A stretch of 64,000 nucleotides of DNA from Acidimicrobiales bacterium (GCA_965200775.1 OZ241383.1:1141008-1205007); one strand, 5' to 3'. Shown: positions 47,362 through 58,295, counted from the first letter of the stretch. The notes: generated by a model from the letters alone, not told the origin. Program-made: numbers and translations.

Positions 47362-48704
47362 CAGCCCGGCGTGGACCAGATGATGCGGTTGACCTCGTTT
47401 TCGAGGCGTTCCTGGCGTCCCGACACCGGCTGGGGATCGAGCCTGGCGGCCACCGCCCGGTCGGCCAACCCGGCCAAATCCACGTTGCCTCCCAGGATGT
47501 CGGTCCCCAATCCCCCATCCCAACCGGCATAGCGATCGGCCCGGGCCTGTTCGATGGCTCCGTCGGCCGCCATGGCCTCGGCCACCAGAAGGGAGCGGGC
47601 CATGGTGTCGATTCCCCCTATGTGGCCCCAGAACAGGTCGTCACGGGCCATGCTCTGGCGGCGGAGCTTGGTGTCGAAGTTGAACCCGCCGGTGGTGAAC
47701 CCCCCGCCCCGGAGAATCTCGTAGAGGGCGGGCGACAGCTCGTCCACCGAGTTGGGGAACTGGTCGGTGTCCCATCCGTTCTGGGGATCGCCCCGGTTGG
47801 CGTCCACGCTGCCGAAGATGCCGTTGTCCACGGCGTAGGCCACCTCGTGGTGGAAGGAATGGCCCGACAAGGTGGCGTGGTTCACCTCGATGTTCACCTT
47901 GAACTCGTCGATGAGGCCGTAGCGGTCGAGGAAGCCGTGGACCGAGGCGCAGTCGTAGTCGTACTGGTGCTTGGTCGGCTCCTGGGGCTTGGGTTCGATG
48001 AGCAGGGTGCCGGTGAATCCGATCTTGTATTTGTGCTCGGCCACCAGGGTGAGGAACCGGGCGAGCTGGTCGGCTTCCTGGCGTAGCCGGGTGTTGAGCA
48101 GGGTCTCGTAGCCTTCCCGCCCTCCCCACAGCACGTAGTTGGCCCCCTCCAGCCGGTTGGTGGCCTCAAGCATGTGGTGGACCTGGGCCGCGGCGTGGGC
48201 GAACACCTCCGGGTCGGGGTTGGTGGCCGCGCCCGCTGCGTAGCGGGGATGGGAGAACAGGTTGGCGGTGCCCCACAGCAGCCGAACGCCGGAGGCTTCC
48301 ATCTTGGCCGCGGCCCGCTCGACCATGGCGTCGAGGTTGGCCCGGCTCTCGGCCAGGCTGTCGCCCTCGGGAGCCATGTCCACGTCGTGAAAGCAGTAGA
48401 ACGGGGTACCCAGCTTCTCGAAGAACTCGAAGGCGGCGTCCTGCTTGGCTCGGGCAGCGGCCATCGGCTCCTGGTCGGCGGCGAGCCAGGGGCGGTCGAA
48501 CGTGCCGTGCCCGAAGATGTCGCTGCCCGGCCAGTTGAAGCTGTGCCAGTAGCACACTGCTACCCGGAGGTGGTCCTCCATGCGCCGCCCCATCACGAGC
48601 CGGTCGGGGTCGTACACCCGGTAGGCCAAACGGTCGGGGTCAAAATGCGCGTCGCGGCCGGCGAAGGCCACTGGCTCGTGTACCGAATCGAAGAAATCGG
48701 CCAT
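47361..48704 (-). CDS. xylA: Xylose isomerase
   Basis: ATG at 48704 preceded by AGGAGGA (447 aa). Conserved segments [34 protein letters not shown] and [13 protein letters not shown]. Confidence 0.9.
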   Translation of the reverse strand: MADFFDSVHEPVAFAGRDAHFDPDRLAYRVYDPDRLVMGRRMEDHLRVAVCYWHSFNWPGSDIFGHGTFDRPWLAADQEPMAAARAKQDAAFEFFEKLGTPFYCFHDVDMAPEGDSLAESRANLDAMVERAAAKMEASGVRLLWGTANLFSHPRYAAGAATNPDPEVFAHAAAQVHHMLEATNRLEGANYVLWGGREGYETLLNTRLRQEADQLARFLTLVAEHKYKIGFTGTLLIEPKPQEPTKHQYDYDCASVHGFLDRYGLIDEFKVNIEVNHATLSGHSFHHEVAYAVDNGIFGSVDANRGDPQNGWDTDQFPNSVDELSPALYEILRGGGFTTGGFNFDTKLRRQSMARDDLFWGHIGGIDTMARSLLVAEAMAADGAIEQARADRYAGWDGGLGTDILGGNVDLAGLADRAVAARLDPQPVSGRQERLENEVNRIIWSTPG

Positions 48705-48880
48705 GGCATCCTCCTGGCCCTGGATCAACAGATCGGTCTTTGAGTCTAAGGAACCCATGGCCCAGGTACCCGATTGCCCGAGATGTCTTGGATATTTCCC
48801 CGGAGTCCCTTCCCGCCGGCCCCGATTGGCCCTACGCTGGGCGGGTAACCATTGGTTCCACCGAACAAGAGGACGAGTCG

Positions 48881-50578
48881 ATGCCTTTTCCCACCGATCT
48901 GGAGATCGCCCGGGGAGCGAACCTCCGCCCGCTGACAGAAATCGCCGAAACCGCCGGTATCCCCACCGAGCTGTTGGAGCCCTACGGAACCGGTGCGGCC
49001 AAGATCAGCCTTGACGCCGTTGACGCCATGACCGACCGGCCCCGCGCCCGGTATGTGGTGGTCACCGCCATCACCCCGACCCCGCTCGGCGAGGGCAAGA
49101 CCACCACCACCGTGGGGTTGGGCCAGGGGTTCGGGCACATCGGTAAACAGGCCACCATCGCCATCCGCCAGCCCTCCCTCGGGCCAACCTTCGGCATCAA
49201 GGGCGGCGCGGCCGGCGGCGGCTACAGCCAGGTGGTGCCCATGGAGCTGTTCAACCTGCACCTCACCGGCGACATGCATGCGGTGTCGGCGGCCCACAAC
49301 ATGTGCTCGGCCATGCTCGACGCCCACATCTTCCACGGCAACGAGCTGGGCCTCGACCTGCACAACATCACCTGGCGCCGGGTGGTGGACATCAACGACC
49401 GGGCCCTGCGCAACATCGTCCTCGGCCTGGGCGGGCGGCTCGACGGGGTGCCCCGGGAGAGCGGTTTCGACATCACCGCAGCCTCCGAGGTGATGGCCAC
49501 CCTGGCCCTGGCCACCTCCCTGTCCGACCTGCGGGCTCGCCTGGGCCGAATAGTGGTGGGCTACACCAAGGCCGGAACCCCGGTCACCGCCGAGGATCTC
49601 AAGGTGGCCGGCGCCATGGCCGTGCTGTTGAAGGACGCCCTCAAGCCCAACCTGATGCAGACCCTGGAGGGCGGTCCCGCGCTGGTCCACACAGGTCCCT
49701 TCGGCAACATCGCCACCGGTAACTCATCGATCGTGGCCGACCAAATCGGCATCCGGGCCGGCGATTTCCTGGTGACCGAGGCGGGGTTCGGCGCCGACCT
49801 GGGCGCGGAACGGTTCTTCAACATCAAGTGCCGCTACTCGGGTTTCGCGCCCGACGCTGCCGTGATGGTGGCCACGGTGCGGGGGCTGAAGGCCCACTCC
49901 GGCAACCACCGGATCGTGGCCGGCAGGCCCCTGCCCGAGGCGCTTCTGGCCGAGAACCCCGACGAGGTTCATGCCGGGGGCGACAACCTCCGCAAACACC
50001 TGTCCAATATGAAGGCTCACGGGGTTTCCCCGGTGGTAGCGGTGAACGCCTTCCCCGAGGACCACGACGCCGACCTGGCCGCCATCTCCGAGATCGCCGA
50101 GGAGTACGGGGCCCGGTGCGCCATCACCACCCACTTCGCCGACGGCGGTGCCGGAGCGGCCGAGCTGGCCGAGGCTGTGGCCGAAGCTGCCGAGGAGGAA
50201 AGCTCGTTCAAGGTGCTCTACGAGGACGAAATGCCGCTGCGCGACAAGATCAACACTGTGGCCACCACCGTGTACGGGGCCGACGACGTGGAGTACTCGG
50301 CCACCGCCAACCGGCAGTTGGACACCTACGAGGCAGCCGGTTTCAGCCACCTCCCGGTGTGCATCGCCAAAACCCACCTGTCCATCTCATCCAACCCGGC
50401 CCTCAAGGGCGCTCCCACCGGGTGGACCCTGCCGGTGCGGGAGGTTCGGGCCTCGGTGGGCGCTGGTTTCGTCTACCCTATCTGCGGCGACATGCGTACA
50501 ATGCCGGGTCTTGGCCGCGTACCGGCTGCCATGGGAATCGACATCGACGAGAACGGGGAAATCGTCGGATTGAGCTGA
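48881..50578 (+). CDS. fhs: Formate--tetrahydrofolate ligase
   Basis: ATG at 48881 (565 aa). Segments [20 protein letters not shown] and IAKTHLSIS. Confidence 0.95.
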   Translation: MPFPTDLEIARGANLRPLTEIAETAGIPTELLEPYGTGAAKISLDAVDAMTDRPRARYVVVTAITPTPLGEGKTTTTVGLGQGFGHIGKQATIAIRQPSLGPTFGIKGGAAGGGYSQVVPMELFNLHLTGDMHAVSAAHNMCSAMLDAHIFHGNELGLDLHNITWRRVVDINDRALRNIVLGLGGRLDGVPRESGFDITAASEVMATLALATSLSDLRARLGRIVVGYTKAGTPVTAEDLKVAGAMAVLLKDALKPNLMQTLEGGPALVHTGPFGNIATGNSSIVADQIGIRAGDFLVTEAGFGADLGAERFFNIKCRYSGFAPDAAVMVATVRGLKAHSGNHRIVAGRPLPEALLAENPDEVHAGGDNLRKHLSNMKAHGVSPVVAVNAFPEDHDADLAAISEIAEEYGARCAITTHFADGGAGAAELAEAVAEAAEEESSFKVLYEDEMPLRDKINTVATTVYGADDVEYSATANRQLDTYEAAGFSHLPVCIAKTHLSISSNPALKGAPTGWTLPVREVRASVGAGFVYPICGDMRTMPGLGRVPAAMGIDIDENGEIVGLS

Positions 50579-50647
50579 CCACATCCACTGCCCAACCGGG
50601 CAGGAAGGATCGGCGCATCTCCAGGGTGCCCTGGAAAAGGGGGAAAT

Positions 50648-52591
50648 ATGGCCAGGCGGGAAAGACTCACGGTGCCCATGGTCCGAGACCGGGGTGAACT
50701 GCGGGAAGCAACCTGGGATGAGGCCCTGGGCCGAGCCGCGGCCGGATTCAACCAGGTGCTGAGCGAGAACGGCCCCGGCGCTTTCGGCATGTTCAGTTGT
50801 TCCAAGGCCACCAACGAGATGAACTACATCGCCCAGAAGTTCATCCGCACCGTGGTCGGGTCGAACAACATCGACTCCTGCAACCGAACTTGACACGCTC
50901 CCTCGGTCGTCGGTCTGACGACAGTTTTCGGAGTCGGAGGGGGCACCAGCTCCTACCGGGAGGTGGAGGAAACCGAGGTGATCCTGCTGTGGGGATCCAA
51001 CGCCCGGGAAGCCCACCCCATCTTCTTCCACCACCTGCTCAAGGGGCTCGACAACGGGGCCACCATGTACTGCATCGACCCCCGGCACACCTCGTCGGCC
51101 CGCTTCGCCGACGTGTGGGTTGGCATCAACGTGGGCACCGACATCGCCCTGGCCAAAGGCATGGGCCGGGAGATCATCCGGGCCGGGCTGGCCGACCACG
51201 ACTTCATCACCCACTCCACCCAGGGCTACGAGGCATACGCCGCTTCGGCGGAGCCGTTCACCCCCGAGCGGGTGGCCGAGATCTGCGGAATCCCCGCCGG
51301 GGTGGTGGTGGAGATGGCCCACGCCTACGCCACCGCCGACAAGGCCCAGATCCTGTGGACCCTCGGTATCACCGAGCACCACACCGCCGTGGACAACGTG
51401 TTGTCGCTGTGCAACCTGGCTCTGCTCACCGGCCACGTGGGGCGGTGGGGTTCGGGGCTGGTCCCGCTGCGGGGCCAGAACAACGTGCAGGGGGGCGGCG
51501 ACATGGGGGCCATCCCAAACCGGCTCCCCGGCTTCGCCAACGTGGACGATCCCACGCTCCGGGCCCGCTTCGAGGCCTCCTACGGCCGGGCGCTCAACCC
51601 CGTTCCAGGCCTGCATCTGACCCTCATGTTCGAGGCCATGGAGCGCGGTGATTTGCGGGCGCTCTACGTGGTGGGCGAGAACCCCGCCGACTCCGAGGCC
51701 GACGTGGCCCACGCCCGTTCGCTGCTCGAAGGCCTCGACATCCTGGTGGTGCAGGACATCCTGATGACCCGCACAGCGGAGATGGCCGATGTGGTGCTGC
51801 CCGCCTCGGTGGCGTGGGCCGAGAGCGAGGGAACCGTCACCTCCAGCGAGCGACGGGTGCAACGGGTGAGACCGGCGGTGACCCCACCCGGCCAGGCCCG
51901 CCACGACATCGACATCCTCTGCGACATGGCCGAGGCCATGGGCGCTGAACTCGGCCCCCGCGACCCCCAGGCGGCGTGGGACGAGCTCCGGAGCCTCTCC
52001 CCGTGGCACCGGGGCATGACCTGGGAACGCCTCGAAGCCGATGGCGGGTTGCAGTGGCCCTGCCCCGACCAGGACCATCCCGGATCCCCCTTCCTCCACG
52101 ACTGGCTGTGGGCCGACGACCTGAACGGCCACGATCCGGCACCCTTCTCTGTGGTGGACCACCGGGGCCCCACCGAGGAGCTGAGCGACGATTACCCCTT
52201 GCGCCTCACCACCGGGCGATCCCTCGACTCCTACAACACCGGTGTGCAAAGCGGGCAGTACGACTCGCCGCTGCGGTTCGCCGGCCTGGAGCTGAACGCT
52301 CACGACGCCACATCGCTCGACATCGCCGACGGCGACCGGGTGCGGGTTAGCTCCCCTCGAGGTTCGGTGGAGATGAACGCCCGGGTGGCGTCGAGCCTGC
52401 CGCCAGGGTTGGCCTTCACCACCATGCACCACCCGGAACTGATCGACGTGAACCTGCTCACCAACCCCGACTGGGACCCAAAGTCGGGCACCGCCGAGTT
52501 CAAGGCGGCCGCGGTCCGGGTGGAACGGGTTGCCGCCTCCTCCCAGGCCGCCGTCTCTCAAGCTGCCGCAGCGGGAACCTCTGTTGGCTGA
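50648..52591 (+). CDS. fdhA: Formate dehydrogenase, molybdopterin catalytic part (Sec at TGA 50891-50893); lacks the Fe-S N-terminal region
   Basis: Track ORFs 50648..50893 and 50963..52591 are in the same frame. Read-through gives NIDSCNRT-U-HAPSVVGL, the canonical FDH Sec/Cys site. An fdhF-type SECIS follows. RBS-like AAGGGGGAAAT lies before the ATG. Confidence 0.85.
50906..50922 (+). promoter_or_regulatory. SECIS element (fdhF-type apical hairpin)
   Basis: GUCGUC-GGUCU-GACGAC, starting 12 nt after the UGA. The context UGACACGCUCCCUCGGUCGUCGGUCUGACGAC parallels the E. coli fdhF SECIS UGACACGGCCCAUCGGUUGCAGGUCUGCACC (recalled from memory). Confidence 0.75.
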
Positions 52592-54335
52592 TCTCCGTTT
52601 CGGGGCCGACCGGCCGACGCCCGCCGAACAAGCCGCCATCGACTCCGTGGTCCCCCCTTCCAAGGCGGCCACCGTTACCGAAACCGAGCGGGTGGTTCGC
52701 GCCGGCAGCACCCGCCGCCGGAGCCTTCGCCATCACCTTCTGCCCATGCTGCACTCCCTCCAGCACGAGATCGGCTGGATCAGCCCCGGCGGGCTGAACG
52801 GCGCCGCCGAGCGTCTGGGGGTCCCCCCGGCCGATGCCTACGGGGTGGCCACCTTCTACGAGCTGTTCCGCACCACCGACCCCGGCCACCGCGACGACGT
52901 GGTCCATGTGTGTGTGGACCCGGCCTGCGCTGTGGCCGGCAGCGCCGAGCTGAGGACGTCGCTGGAAGCGAGCGGTGCCAAAGTCCACGATAGCCCTTGC
53001 CTTGGTCAGTGCGAGCGAGCCCCGGCCCGGTTCATCCAGGGAGTGGGACGACCCGACCGGGTTCCCGCCGACGACACCGAAGACCCGACCCTGCCCCAAG
53101 CCGGCGATCCCGGCCTGCGGGTGTTGCGCCGGGTGGGGGTGGCCGATCCCACCGACCTGGGGGCCTACCGGGAACACGGCGGCTACCTGGCCCTGGCCGC
53201 CGCGGTGGAGATGGGCTCCCAAGCGGTGATCGCCGCGGTGAGCGACGCCGGGCTGTCGGGCCGGGGTGGGGCCGCTTTTCCCACCGGGGTGAAGTGGCGG
53301 GCCGTGGCCGACGCGCCGGGACCCGACAAGCACGTGGTGGCCAACTGTGACGAGTCGGAACCGGGCACCTTCAAGGACCGCATCATCTGCGAGCACGACC
53401 CGTTCTCGGTGGTGGAGTCGATGACGGTGGCCGGGTTGGCTACCGGTGCCACCCGTGGCTGGATCTACATCCGGGGCGAGTATCCCCGGGCGGCCGCCCG
53501 GCTGGAGAACGCCATCACCCAAGCCCGGTCAGCCGGTTTTCTGGGCGACGATGTGGCGGGCAGCGGCCACAGCTTCGATATCGAGTTGCGTCGGGGCGCG
53601 GGCGCCTACATCTGCGGCGAGGAGACCGCCCTGTTCAACTCCATCGAGGGTTTCAGGGGGGAGCCCCGCAACAAGCCCCCCTTTCCCACCACCCACGGCC
53701 TGTTCAACCAGCCCACCGCCATCAACAACCCCGAGACCCTTGTCAACGTGTTGGACATCGTCACCGGCGGTCCCGACGCCTACCGCTCGGTGGGCACCGA
53801 CCGCTCCCCCGGCACCCGGCTGTTCTGCCTGTCGGGCCGGGTGGCTGTGCCCGGCCTTTACGAGGTGCCCTTCGGGACCACCCTGGGCGACCTCATCGCT
53901 CTTGCAGGCGGGCCGACCGGCAACTTGTCCGCGGTGCTCCTCGGCGGGGCAGCCGGTATGTTCGTCGGCCCTGACACTCTCGAGATGCCCCTCACCCTGG
54001 AGGACACCCGTGAAGCCGAGGTTACCCTGGGTTCGGGTGTGGTCACGGTGTTCGACCACACCTGCGACATGGAAGCGGTGGTGGTGCGCATCGCCGAGTT
54101 CTTCCGGGACGAGTCGTGCGGCCAGTGCGTTCCCTGCCGGGTTGGAACCCAGCGCCAGCACGAGGTGCTGGTGGAGCTGCGCCGGTCGGTCGGGCCGCTG
54201 TCGCAGCCCCGGGCCGAACTCATCGAGGACATGGCCCGGGCCATGACCGATGCCTCCATCTGCGGCCTGGGCCACACAGCGGCCTCCGCGGTTCGCTCCG
54301 CGCTGGCCCTGGGTCTGATAGGAAACAGCCCATGA
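52584..54335 (+). CDS. NuoE-like / NuoF-like fusion (NAD(H)-binding diaphorase module of formate dehydrogenase, FdsG-FdsB-like)
   Basis: NuoE part: HHLLPMLHSLQHEIGWIS...GVATFYELF. NuoF part: GLSGRGGAAFPTGVKW, NCDESEPGTFKDR, ICGEETALFNSIEG and ESCGQCVPCRVGT. The start is uncertain (TTG 52530 or TTG 52584); both overlap the fdhA 3' end. Confidence 0.85.
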   Translation: MADLRFGADRPTPAEQAAIDSVVPPSKAATVTETERVVRAGSTRRRSLRHHLLPMLHSLQHEIGWISPGGLNGAAERLGVPPADAYGVATFYELFRTTDPGHRDDVVHVCVDPACAVAGSAELRTSLEASGAKVHDSPCLGQCERAPARFIQGVGRPDRVPADDTEDPTLPQAGDPGLRVLRRVGVADPTDLGAYREHGGYLALAAAVEMGSQAVIAAVSDAGLSGRGGAAFPTGVKWRAVADAPGPDKHVVANCDESEPGTFKDRIICEHDPFSVVESMTVAGLATGATRGWIYIRGEYPRAAARLENAITQARSAGFLGDDVAGSGHSFDIELRRGAGAYICGEETALFNSIEGFRGEPRNKPPFPTTHGLFNQPTAINNPETLVNVLDIVTGGPDAYRSVGTDRSPGTRLFCLSGRVAVPGLYEVPFGTTLGDLIALAGGPTGNLSAVLLGGAAGMFVGPDTLEMPLTLEDTREAEVTLGSGVVTVFDHTCDMEAVVVRIAEFFRDESCGQCVPCRVGTQRQHEVLVELRRSVGPLSQPRAELIEDMARAMTDASICGLGHTAASAVRSALALGLIGNSP

Positions 54336-55171
54336 GCGGCCCGCTCACCGAGACGGCGGTTGTCGTCCGGGTGGATGGCAACGAGGTTGCCGTGCCCGAG
54401 GGATCGACCATCCTCGACGCCTGCAACGAGGCCGGTGTGGAGACCCCCACCATCTGCTATGGCGACACGCTCACACCGGTGAACGTCTGCCGGGTGTGCG
54501 TGGTGGAACTCGACGGCAGCCGGGCCTTGGTCCCCTCCTGCTCCCGCCCGGTGGAGGAAGGCATGGTGGTTCACACCGACAGCGAGCGGGTCCGCCACAG
54601 CCGCCGGATGGTGCTGGAGTTTCTGGCCACCGGGGTGGACCTGACCCAGGCTGACGATCTCGGTCGGTGGTCCGAGCAGTACGGAGCCGACCCCGACCGC
54701 TACACCCCCGACGCCGAGAAGATGAACGAGCCGGTGCGGGTGCAGGACAACCTCTACATCCGGGACTACGGCAAGTGCGTGCTGTGCTACCGCTGTGTGG
54801 AGGCCTGCGGCGACGACGCCCAGCACACCTACGCCATCTCGGTGGCGGGGCGGGGTTTCGGGGCTCGCATCTCCACCGAGTTCGACGTGGCCCTGCCCGA
54901 CTCAGCCTGCGTGTACTGCGGGAACTGCGTGGCGGTGTGCCCCACAAATGCCCTCCAGTTCAAGACCGAGTACGACCTGCGCGAGGCTGACGACTGGCGA
55001 CCCGACGACCAGTCGGTAACCCAGACGGTGTGCTCCTACTGCGGGGTGGGCTGCAACCTGGAGTTGCACGTGCAGGACAACCGCATCGTCAAATGCACCT
55101 CCCCCGACGACCACGACGTAACCCGGGGCAACCTCTGCATCAAGGGCCGCTTCGGCTGGACCTACGTGTAA
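54332..55171 (+). CDS. Formate dehydrogenase alpha, N-terminal Fe-S part (NuoG-like 2Fe-2S and 4Fe-4S domains plus the MopB 4Fe-4S motif)
   Basis: ATGA overlap with the upstream gene (279 aa). Motifs CYGDTLTPVNVCRVCVVE, CVLCYRCVEAC, CVYCGNCVAVCP and CSYCGVGCNLELHV. It ends ..NLCIKGRFGWTYV*, exactly where the 50648 ORF (RERLTVPMVRDRGELREATWDEAL) would continue a full-length subunit. Confidence 0.85.
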   Translation: MSGPLTETAVVVRVDGNEVAVPEGSTILDACNEAGVETPTICYGDTLTPVNVCRVCVVELDGSRALVPSCSRPVEEGMVVHTDSERVRHSRRMVLEFLATGVDLTQADDLGRWSEQYGADPDRYTPDAEKMNEPVRVQDNLYIRDYGKCVLCYRCVEACGDDAQHTYAISVAGRGFGARISTEFDVALPDSACVYCGNCVAVCPTNALQFKTEYDLREADDWRPDDQSVTQTVCSYCGVGCNLELHVQDNRIVKCTSPDDHDVTRGNLCIKGRFGWTYV

Positions 55172-55191
55172 GGGTGGCGCGGCCGCGCTCC

Positions 55192-56196
55192 CTAACCCTC
55201 GTCCTCGTCCTCTAGGTCTGGGTCCTCAAGATCAGGGTCCCAGAGCTCTTCGTCTAGCTCATCCACAAGCGGCCCAATGGTCTGCAAGAGCTGAGCGCAC
55301 TGATCGGCCATCCATTTGTGCATCTCGGGGTGGCTCTTGTTGTCCCTGACGGTGCCAAGTCCATTCACTTTGATCCGACAGCCGAGCTTGCCCTCCATCT
55401 CGTCCCAGACCAGAGAATTCGCAAGTGTCTTGGGTAGTCGGTGTGAGCTTTGGCGCAAAGCTCGGAAAATCCGGTCGTTCACCGCACTGTCCGTCGTCCC
55501 AATGTATATCTCACTGAAAATGCCGCCGCGGGAGAAGCCAGCAACCAATTTCACGCTCTTTCTCACTGTCTTGAGTTCCAAATAATGGCGGTAAGGCGCA
55601 TTGCGTCTTCTTGTGAGATTGGGGTGCTGGGCATGAACCACCTCAAGGAAGCCAGTCCAAAATCTCATGTACGAGGTCTCTCTCTCCGTGCGATCGCTCG
55701 CCCGCGTGACAGACCGAACCTGTGCCTTCCAGTTGCTCGGGCTCGACACCACCCGAAAGATGGGCGCCACTTTGGAGTTGCCGATGCGGCCAACTCGCAC
55801 CTCAACGCCGAAGAAGCGCGTGTCGCCGTCCGAAACGTCGTTTAGGAACTCCAGCGCCTGATGGTGTTCATCACGGAAGGATGGAGAGACCCAGACAATG
55901 GTTCTGGCATCGGTTCCAGCGGCGTACGTCAGCAGTTGGCTGAGATGGCGGTGGTCGGTCTCCTCAAGCTGGTTCTCGACGATCAGCGGACGCTGATTCG
56001 TCTCATCGGTGCCGAACAAGTCGACCGCATAGCGCCCGACTGCATGCTCCCGGCCGTGGAGCGCCAGATCGATCCCAAGCAGGTCGCCCAAGTACTCCTC
56101 GTTCTCGAGCAACCATGGCGTGAAGTCCCCGGCCTCGTTCGACCACACCTCCCGAGGGTCGAGGTATTCAAGCCGTCCAAGCGGCTCCTCCGCCAT
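55192..56196 (-). CDS. DUF4268-type protein with an N-terminal PD-(D/E)xK-like nuclease module
   Basis: ATG at 56196 preceded by GGAGG (334 aa). Motif VENQLEETDHRHLSQLLTYAAG. Acidic C-terminal tail. Lower G+C than the core. Confidence 0.6.
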   Translation of the reverse strand: MAEEPLGRLEYLDPREVWSNEAGDFTPWLLENEEYLGDLLGIDLALHGREHAVGRYAVDLFGTDETNQRPLIVENQLEETDHRHLSQLLTYAAGTDARTIVWVSPSFRDEHHQALEFLNDVSDGDTRFFGVEVRVGRIGNSKVAPIFRVVSSPSNWKAQVRSVTRASDRTERETSYMRFWTGFLEVVHAQHPNLTRRRNAPYRHYLELKTVRKSVKLVAGFSRGGIFSEIYIGTTDSAVNDRIFRALRQSSHRLPKTLANSLVWDEMEGKLGCRIKVNGLGTVRDNKSHPEMHKWMADQCAQLLQTIGPLVDELDEELWDPDLEDPDLEDEDEG

Positions 56197-56291
56197 ACCT
56201 CCAGGGTACCGGCACTGGCATCCGCTCCCAAACGTGGCAAACCGCGACCGCAGCGAGGAGCCAGTAGTGGGTCGTCGCGTCGCTGGGTGGG

Positions 56292-56798
56292 TCAAGGGAT
56301 GACGATGTGGGCGATGTCCTCAATCAGGTCGCCACCGCTGGTGAAGAGGCGGTGCTCGCTGTCGGCCACCTCGACGCGCACCGAGTGGTGGCCGGGCTCA
56401 TGCATCTCCACGACACCCTCGGTATCGTACAGTCGACCCTGTTTCTCGCCGTTTACGTAGATGTGGAAGTGTCCCTGCACCTTCCCCAGCTCCGTGGTGG
56501 CGGCGGTAACGGCAGCGGTGAGGCGGTTCCAAGGCCTGGCCGCACAGCGAGGAACGCAAACCACGCCCCAAACCGCCCCGAGCACTAGCCCACGACCAAT
56601 CCACCACGCGCCGACCCTCGAACCGCCGAGCGCGAGCCCACTACCTACCCACCAGGCGCCGACCCAGGGACTCCCCCGACGAAGGCGCTTGTGGCCAACG
56701 CCCGGGTGCCGCGCGAGGCGTCCGACCGCGTTGTCCCCCCGTGCGACCGTCCGTCCGGTGACCTCGCACGCAGCCCCTGCATCGCCACCCGATCGCAT
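56292..56798 (-). CDS. Hypothetical membrane-anchored protein with a small His-rich C-terminal domain
   Basis: 168-aa ORF with ATG start. Duplicated GAWW(V/I)G.GL.LG hydrophobic segment, then GHFHIYVNGEKQ...HEPGHHSVRVEV. The true start is uncertain. Confidence 0.35.
   Translation of the reverse strand: MRSGGDAGAACEVTGRTVARGDNAVGRLARHPGVGHKRLRRGSPWVGAWWVGSGLALGGSRVGAWWIGRGLVLGAVWGVVCVPRCAARPWNRLTAAVTAATTELGKVQGHFHIYVNGEKQGRLYDTEGVVEMHEPGHHSVRVEVADSEHRLFTSGGDLIEDIAHIVIP
56580..56675. repeat. Imperfect in-frame 48-nt tandem duplication inside the hypothetical gene
   Basis: 56580-56627 versus 56628-56675, aligned by eye. It encodes the duplicated GAWWxGxGLxLG segment. Confidence 0.75.
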
Positions 56799-56843
56799 GG
56801 CTGATGATCATTTCGATCTAATCTGAGGTATCTTGCTGATCGC

Positions 56844-57667
<824 letters not shown>

Positions 57668-57669
57668 CA

Positions 57670-58295
57670 ATGGAGCGGGACGAGGCGACAGCTCGGCTCA
57701 AGGAGCTGATTGGATGCGACCTGGTTGAGGTTGCCCGTAAGCACCAGGTCGTCATCGAGCGTGACGGCAAGATCAACAAGGGATGGAAGGGCCACACTCT
57801 TGAACGACACCTCGGCCTTCCACTCAACTCCTGCCAAGCTCCCAACTTTGGCTCTTGGGAGCTCAAGCAGATCTCGCTCAAGAGACTCAAGAATGGACTC
57901 CTAGCAATAAAGGAGACAATGGCCGTAACCATGATCGATCCCCAAAACGTCTTGATCACCGACTTCGACGACAGTCATCTCTTGCGCAAACTGAGCAGAG
58001 GTCTGCTAGTTGCGGTAATCGCGACAGCACTGCAGAAGCCGGGAAGCTTGTCCACTCGGTGTCACCCATCGACGTTCCCGAGGGTTCTGAGGTCTACAAG
58101 ATCATCAGAGACGACTACGAACTGGTCCGCATGCAAATTCGCCGAAGTGGATTCGAGTCGCTAACCGGGCGCATGGGGACCTACATCCAGCCGCGAACGA
58201 AGGGTGCAGGGCACGGAAGCACCTCACGCGCCTTCTATGCCCGGAAGGAGTTCCTCGGACGGTTCGTCAGGCTAGGTGACGTCGAGTGGCGATGA
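57670..58295 (+). pseudogene. Type II restriction endonuclease, MutH/Sau3AI - MvaI/BcnI-like, frameshifted near 58000-58030
   Basis: ATG 2 nt after the methyltransferase stop. The N-terminal part (track 57670..58164) has GKINKGWKGHTLERHLGLPLNS.Q.P.F..WELK. The C-terminal part (track 57855..58295) has GTYIQPRTKGAGHGSTSRAFYARKEF. The two overlapping frames imply a -1 shift. Confidence 0.6.

Noticed and set aside
48705-48880. A possible ZTP or THF riboswitch in the 176-nt leader upstream of fhs.
   Set aside because: fhs is a known target of such riboswitches, but I could not find the conserved cores (for example the CCGCCUGGGC-type 3' pseudoknot element) by eye. A covariance-model scan (Rfam pfl/ZTP, THF) would be needed.
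50588-50603. The hairpin ctgccc-aacc-gggcag after fhs as a rho-independent terminator.
   Set aside because: No U-tract follows it, and fdhA starts 45 nt downstream with its own ribosome-binding site. It may be only an mRNA structure.
55172-55191. The GC palindrome GCGCGGCCGCGC between the convergent fdh and DUF4268 genes as a bidirectional terminator.
   Set aside because: It is a perfect palindrome with no loop and no flanking T/A tract. There is not enough evidence to call an intrinsic terminator.
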